DNA of 63,436 nt, the filler included, from Basidiobolus ranarum (lineage: Eukaryota): NCBI GenBank assembly GCA_040143965.1. It is 46 parts of 46 records of this genome, joined end to end, with 100 filler letters (N's around TTAATTAATTAA, not from the genome) between each part and the next. Parts side by side here need not be neighbours in the genome. Positions count along the whole stretch, not along the records: positions 59,409 to 60,684 come from JASJQH010012602.1; positions 60,785 to 62,060 come from JASJQH010012603.1; positions 62,161 to 63,436 come from JASJQH010012604.1; 43 more parts are not named here. One strand, given 5' to 3'. Each line of letters starts with the position of its first letter. The stretch's first letter is position 1. A program made the position numbers and the translations under genes. This document shows, in pieces, positions 59,666-63,436 of the stretch. The notes beneath the pieces were generated by a model. The model ran no database searches, was not told where the DNA came from, and was given only the letters and a program-made list of their open reading frames with translations.

Positions 59666-60684
59666 TTGCTGGTTGATGTGATAGAATCAGGTAAATCACA
59701 TTCTATGATGCATGGGAATGCAAGCTGTCCTCTTTCTGTTTCTTTATTAGCTGCTTGCTCTTTATCAAATTGTCAGAAACATTACAGACTCTTCCAAGCT
59801 GACATTGCTGTCAATGTGTAACACTAACTGATTAACCAATGTGTGGGCTCTGGCCCTTGTTGGAGATGTGTCTCAACTCTAGTGGTCAGTGTGTAGATTC
59901 TTCTAGTGAAGTAGATATCTTGTCAGGAGTCTCTTCAATTTGGAGTGAACCAGTATGTCTTTACAATGGTCTAGGCTGCCCCAATTTGCCTTTGGGAATA
60001 ACTTCTGATTTATTAAATTGTCTTACATTTCTCTTTACACCTCTGTTGATTCTTCTTGCCAAAGTGTCCTGAGATGTTGTTTTGAACTCTGTACTCTCCA
60101 TCAACAGTTGCTGCAAAGTCCCATTGTGTACAACATCTTTTGTCTCTAAGGTTGAGGCTGCAATGGCTACTTACATTCCATGCAAGCAAAACATGATTGG
60201 AATTGTGGCTTTGCAGACTCAACATCAAGATTCCTATTTCTTAATTCATGCTTTCTATCCTGATGAGTCTTATTGTATCTTTTCTTGCAGACTTTTGATG
60301 GCATGAAGAGATACTATTCTCTCCAAAGCAGAGTCAAAAGTTGCTTCCACTTTTGTCTAATGTCCTCTTCCCCTGCTTCTGTCACTTTATCATTAACTCC
60401 CATTTATCAAAGCAAGAACTCATAGTGGAACGCTGGGCATCTGTAAAATCATTAGGCATGTGCTGCTCTGCACCACCCACACCGTCATTTGACTGTGTGC
60501 ACAAATTTTGGAAGTTGAAGTCTCCTGTACCAAAGTAGGTTGGGAATCAGGATGAATCTGTTCTGACATGATACTGTAAGTTGCATTCACTCCCTTGCCA
60601 CTTACTAATGTGATTTTCGTATTAGGAGCTGTTAAGGATCGGAAGTACTTTCCAATAGTACTAGCTGAGAACCAGATTTTATGA
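59666..60684 (-). repeat. Second copy of the unclassified repeat with relic ORF
   Basis: Homologous to 49290-49660. Confidence 0.6.
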
Positions 60685-60785
60685 NNNNNNNNNNNNNNNN
60701 NNNNNNNNNNNNNNNNNNNNNNNNNNNNTTAATTAATTAANNNNNNNNNNNNNNNNNNNNNNNNNNNNNNNNNNNNNNNNNNNNA

Positions 60786-61094
60786 GTTGGAGCTTCCACC
60801 ATCACTGATGGTGCAGCCAGTTTCAGTAACTACGGCAAGTGTGTCAAGCTCTCAGCACCTGGTCAAGACATCACCTCTGCTTGGATTGGAGGAACATCAG
60901 CCACCAAGAAGATCTCTGGTACCAGTATGGCCAGTCCCCATGTTGCTGGTGTTGCTGCTTTGTACCTATCCCAAGGAGGCTTGAACACTCCAGCTGAGGT
61001 ATACTCCGCACTTGTTTCCAAGGCCACCAAGGATGTAATCACTGGATTGAAGGGTACCACAGCCAACCTTTTGGTGTTCAACTCGAACCAATAA
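60786..61094 (+). CDS. Subtilisin (S8, proteinase K-like), C-terminus (5' partial)
   Basis: VGAST...FSNYGKCV...APGQDITSAW...SGTSMASPHVAGVAA...NLLVFNSNQ*. This frame is missing from the ORF track. Confidence 0.97.
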   Translation, partial: VGASTITDGAASFSNYGKCVKLSAPGQDITSAWIGGTSATKKISGTSMASPHVAGVAALYLSQGGLNTPAEVYSALVSKATKDVITGLKGTTANLLVFNSNQ

Positions 61095-61888
61095 TTGGGT
61101 TTATCCTGATCTACTCTTTATTACAATCATGTTTCACGAAATAAAATTACCCATTCAAACAATTCCTCTAATTTTGAATGATATGTGATTAAAGGAAAAT
61201 ATTGAAACGACACCATACCAGTATACCTCATTTAGTGATACCCAATGCACGGATTAGTCAAATATTGGTTTATCCCATATTAATTACCATATCAAAGTAT
61301 TATTTTTGTACCTCGAAGGTTTTTTACCATAACTCAAGTCACATGATGGATTCAATAACTAATTGATAAAAGTTGAGATTAGCGAGATATTAAGTTCACA
61401 TATGTAATCTGACGGAGAGGCGCTGACGCCTAAGAAATCAATATGTTGCTTTCCTAAGTAATAAGTGAGGTAATAATTAGTTAGAGAGTACGTATTGTGA
61501 GCCCTTCCCACTAATATTAAACCTGAGAAGTGAGTTACCAGCAGACTAATACAACTGAGTCGAATTTTAATATTCATTGTTATAATATAAACAAAATAAA
61601 GATCACGAAATTCTCTCACTGTTTCTCATCATTTTATAAGAGTTAATAAATGGCAGAAGATCGACCGGGATTCCGGTATCGAGTCACTAGATTTAAACTC
61701 GAGATGAGTTGCTGAGAGAACAACTAAGAACTAGAATAGTAATAGGTACAGCCGAAAGCCGGATACTGTGAGAGAACATGTGAGATTAGGAAGGATGATT
61801 CAATTCCTGCGATCCTGCAAGGAATATAAATCAAGTTGAATGCACTAGTAGAAAGTCATCAGTTCTATCTCATTGTCTTACATTCACC

Positions 61889-62060
61889 ATGGTAAACATC
61901 CGTTGCTTCGCCTTAGGTTCTCTAGTTGCTATCGTTTTAGCTGTATCCGTTACTGATGCCCAGATTGTGGATGTTTCTAACCGCTATATCGTAAAAATTA
62001 AGGAGGGAGCTGATTCTAACAAAGGTAGTAGCAAGTTTGACTCATCTTATTCAATATGGG
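61889..62060 (+). CDS. Probable second subtilisin: signal peptide and start of I9 propeptide (3' partial)
   Basis: MVNIRCFALGSLVAIVLAVSVTDA-QIVDVSNRYIVKIKEG; TATAAAT at ~61825. Confidence 0.7.
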
Positions 62061-62160
62061 NNNNNNNNNNNNNNNNNNNNNNNNNNNNNNNNNNNNNNNN
62101 NNNNTTAATTAATTAANNNNNNNNNNNNNNNNNNNNNNNNNNNNNNNNNNNNNNNNNNNN

Positions 62161-62597
62161 TGGAAAATCCAATATGATTAAGCCATTCAAGATAGGATCA
62201 AAGTGTGAATCAATTGGGAAAAAGCTTAAAAAACATCAAGATAGCTTTGTATTTTACCAGGACTCCCATCAATATCCACTCATCTAGGTGTTTATTCAAA
62301 TGCAAAGACTAGAAGTATTGGATTTGTATACTTTCAAGTAGAATCTTGAAAAGATTTCTGCCTGACAAGTATTGGCAGCATTGGGATTTGTTTGTGGATA
62401 TTGTTAGTATATTCTTATGGCATCAACACACATTGGCAAATTTCAGGCTGATACAGCAACTGTGCAAAGATTTTGTAATTGGGTATGAAAAACTTTATTA
62501 CTGGTTTTAAGAAGATGGACTGAATCTATGCCCATATTCAGTATATTCCCTGCTGTATCTTTCACAACACTTCAAGGTTATAGGCCCTTACTGTATA
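62161..62597 (+). mobile_element. CACTA-like transposase fragment
   Basis: Collinear with 15805-16245. Confidence 0.85.
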
Positions 62598-63436
62598 TTG
62601 GGGAGCCTTTTGGAAGTGGTTTTGGTAATTATAGATATTGGTGGGTTTGGCTTATTGATTTATTGAGTTGAAAGTTGACAATGATAGTTTTGTCAAGATG
62701 TCAGCAAACTAGTACCTAGAATGTGTAAAGGAAGGTCTCAGGAACATGGGTGCAAAGTTTGGGGCTTCTAGCACAAGTTTGGAAAAATCTATATTTCTGA
62801 GAACTTCCAAGTTAGCAAAAATATTCTGAGTATATTCCAACTAAGATTAATCAATAATATCTTGGTGAGTTACAGAATAACTAAGTACTAAGCTATATAT
62901 CACTATATAGGTGCTTAAGCAATTCCAGTTACAACACTCTTCCTCATCTAAATAGTCATGTAATCTAATCCTAAGGAAGGTCAAAAGTTCTCAAATTTCT
63001 GTCTAACTAATGGTTTGATTAACATATCAGTAATCATGTCTTCTATAGAACAATAAGTAAAGTCTATAAGCTTATTCTCTATAGTCTCTAATGAAGTGAT
63101 GTCTAATATCTACATGTTTGCTTTTATGATGAAATGTGGGATTTTTTGCCTATTTGATACAACTTTGATTATCTTGAAATATTATAGTTGGTGAATTTGA
63201 GAATAACCTATATCTGTTAAGAGTTTTTGTAACCATGGCAGCCATGTATTCTGCTTCTGTTGTTTAAAGTGCTATGATAGGTTGTTTCTTTGAATTTTAA
63301 GAAATAGCTCCATTACAGCAACAAAATAAGTATCCTCATGTTGATCTCCTATCTTCAATATCTCTTCCCAATTTGCATCTGAATATCACATGAGATCAAA
63401 GTTTGCTCCAGAATATGTGCATTTTAAGCACCAATC
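62598..63436 (-). mobile_element. Copia family 2 RNase H remnant, PPT and LTR (LTR starts at 62936)
   Basis: SDANW.RDIEDRRST...TTEAEYMAA...HHKSKHVDIRHHFIRD. Confidence 0.9.

Noticed and set aside
60787-60984. ORF-track 65-aa peptide
   Set aside because: Wrong frame; the subtilisin frame starts at 60786.
1288-62160. Regularly spaced TTAATTAATTAA motif suggesting a giant repeat array or CRISPR-like system
   Set aside because: It is always centred in exactly 44+44 Ns and contigs are size-sorted, so it is a synthetic six-frame-stop linker.

Overview
This is not a contiguous locus. It is 46 unrelated short contigs, sorted by length from 1287 down to 1276 bp and joined by an identical artificial 100-bp linker (N44-TTAATTAATTAA-N44), so adjacency across a linker means nothing and the ORF-track '...XXXLIN' tails are artefacts. 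The source is an AT-rich eukaryote with short spliceosomal introns. The gene mix (GH20 hexosaminidase, AA11-like LPMO, subtilisins, pepsin, Ulp1, HPPD, aldo-keto reductase, two kinds of NRPS) fits an early-diverging fungus; Basidiobolus-like is my inference, not proven. About 70% of the contigs are nested, CpG-decayed transposon debris: at least three Ty1/copia families, Ty3/gypsy pieces, a TAG-terminated TIR element, and one very abundant CACTA/En-Spm-like family with CCCTA ends. Highlights: (1) an intact, intronless, non-decayed family-B DNA polymerase resembling those of large dsDNA viruses; (2) a reconstructable CACTA-like element whose transposase and unknown ORF2 appear divergently oriented; (3) an LTR with Tf1-like self-priming geometry; (4) a mitochondrial nad1 fragment fused to a transposase; (5) a near-identical head-to-head HPPD gene pair; (6) a bacterial-type NRPS thioesterase. 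All family calls rest on motif recognition by eye, without database searches.
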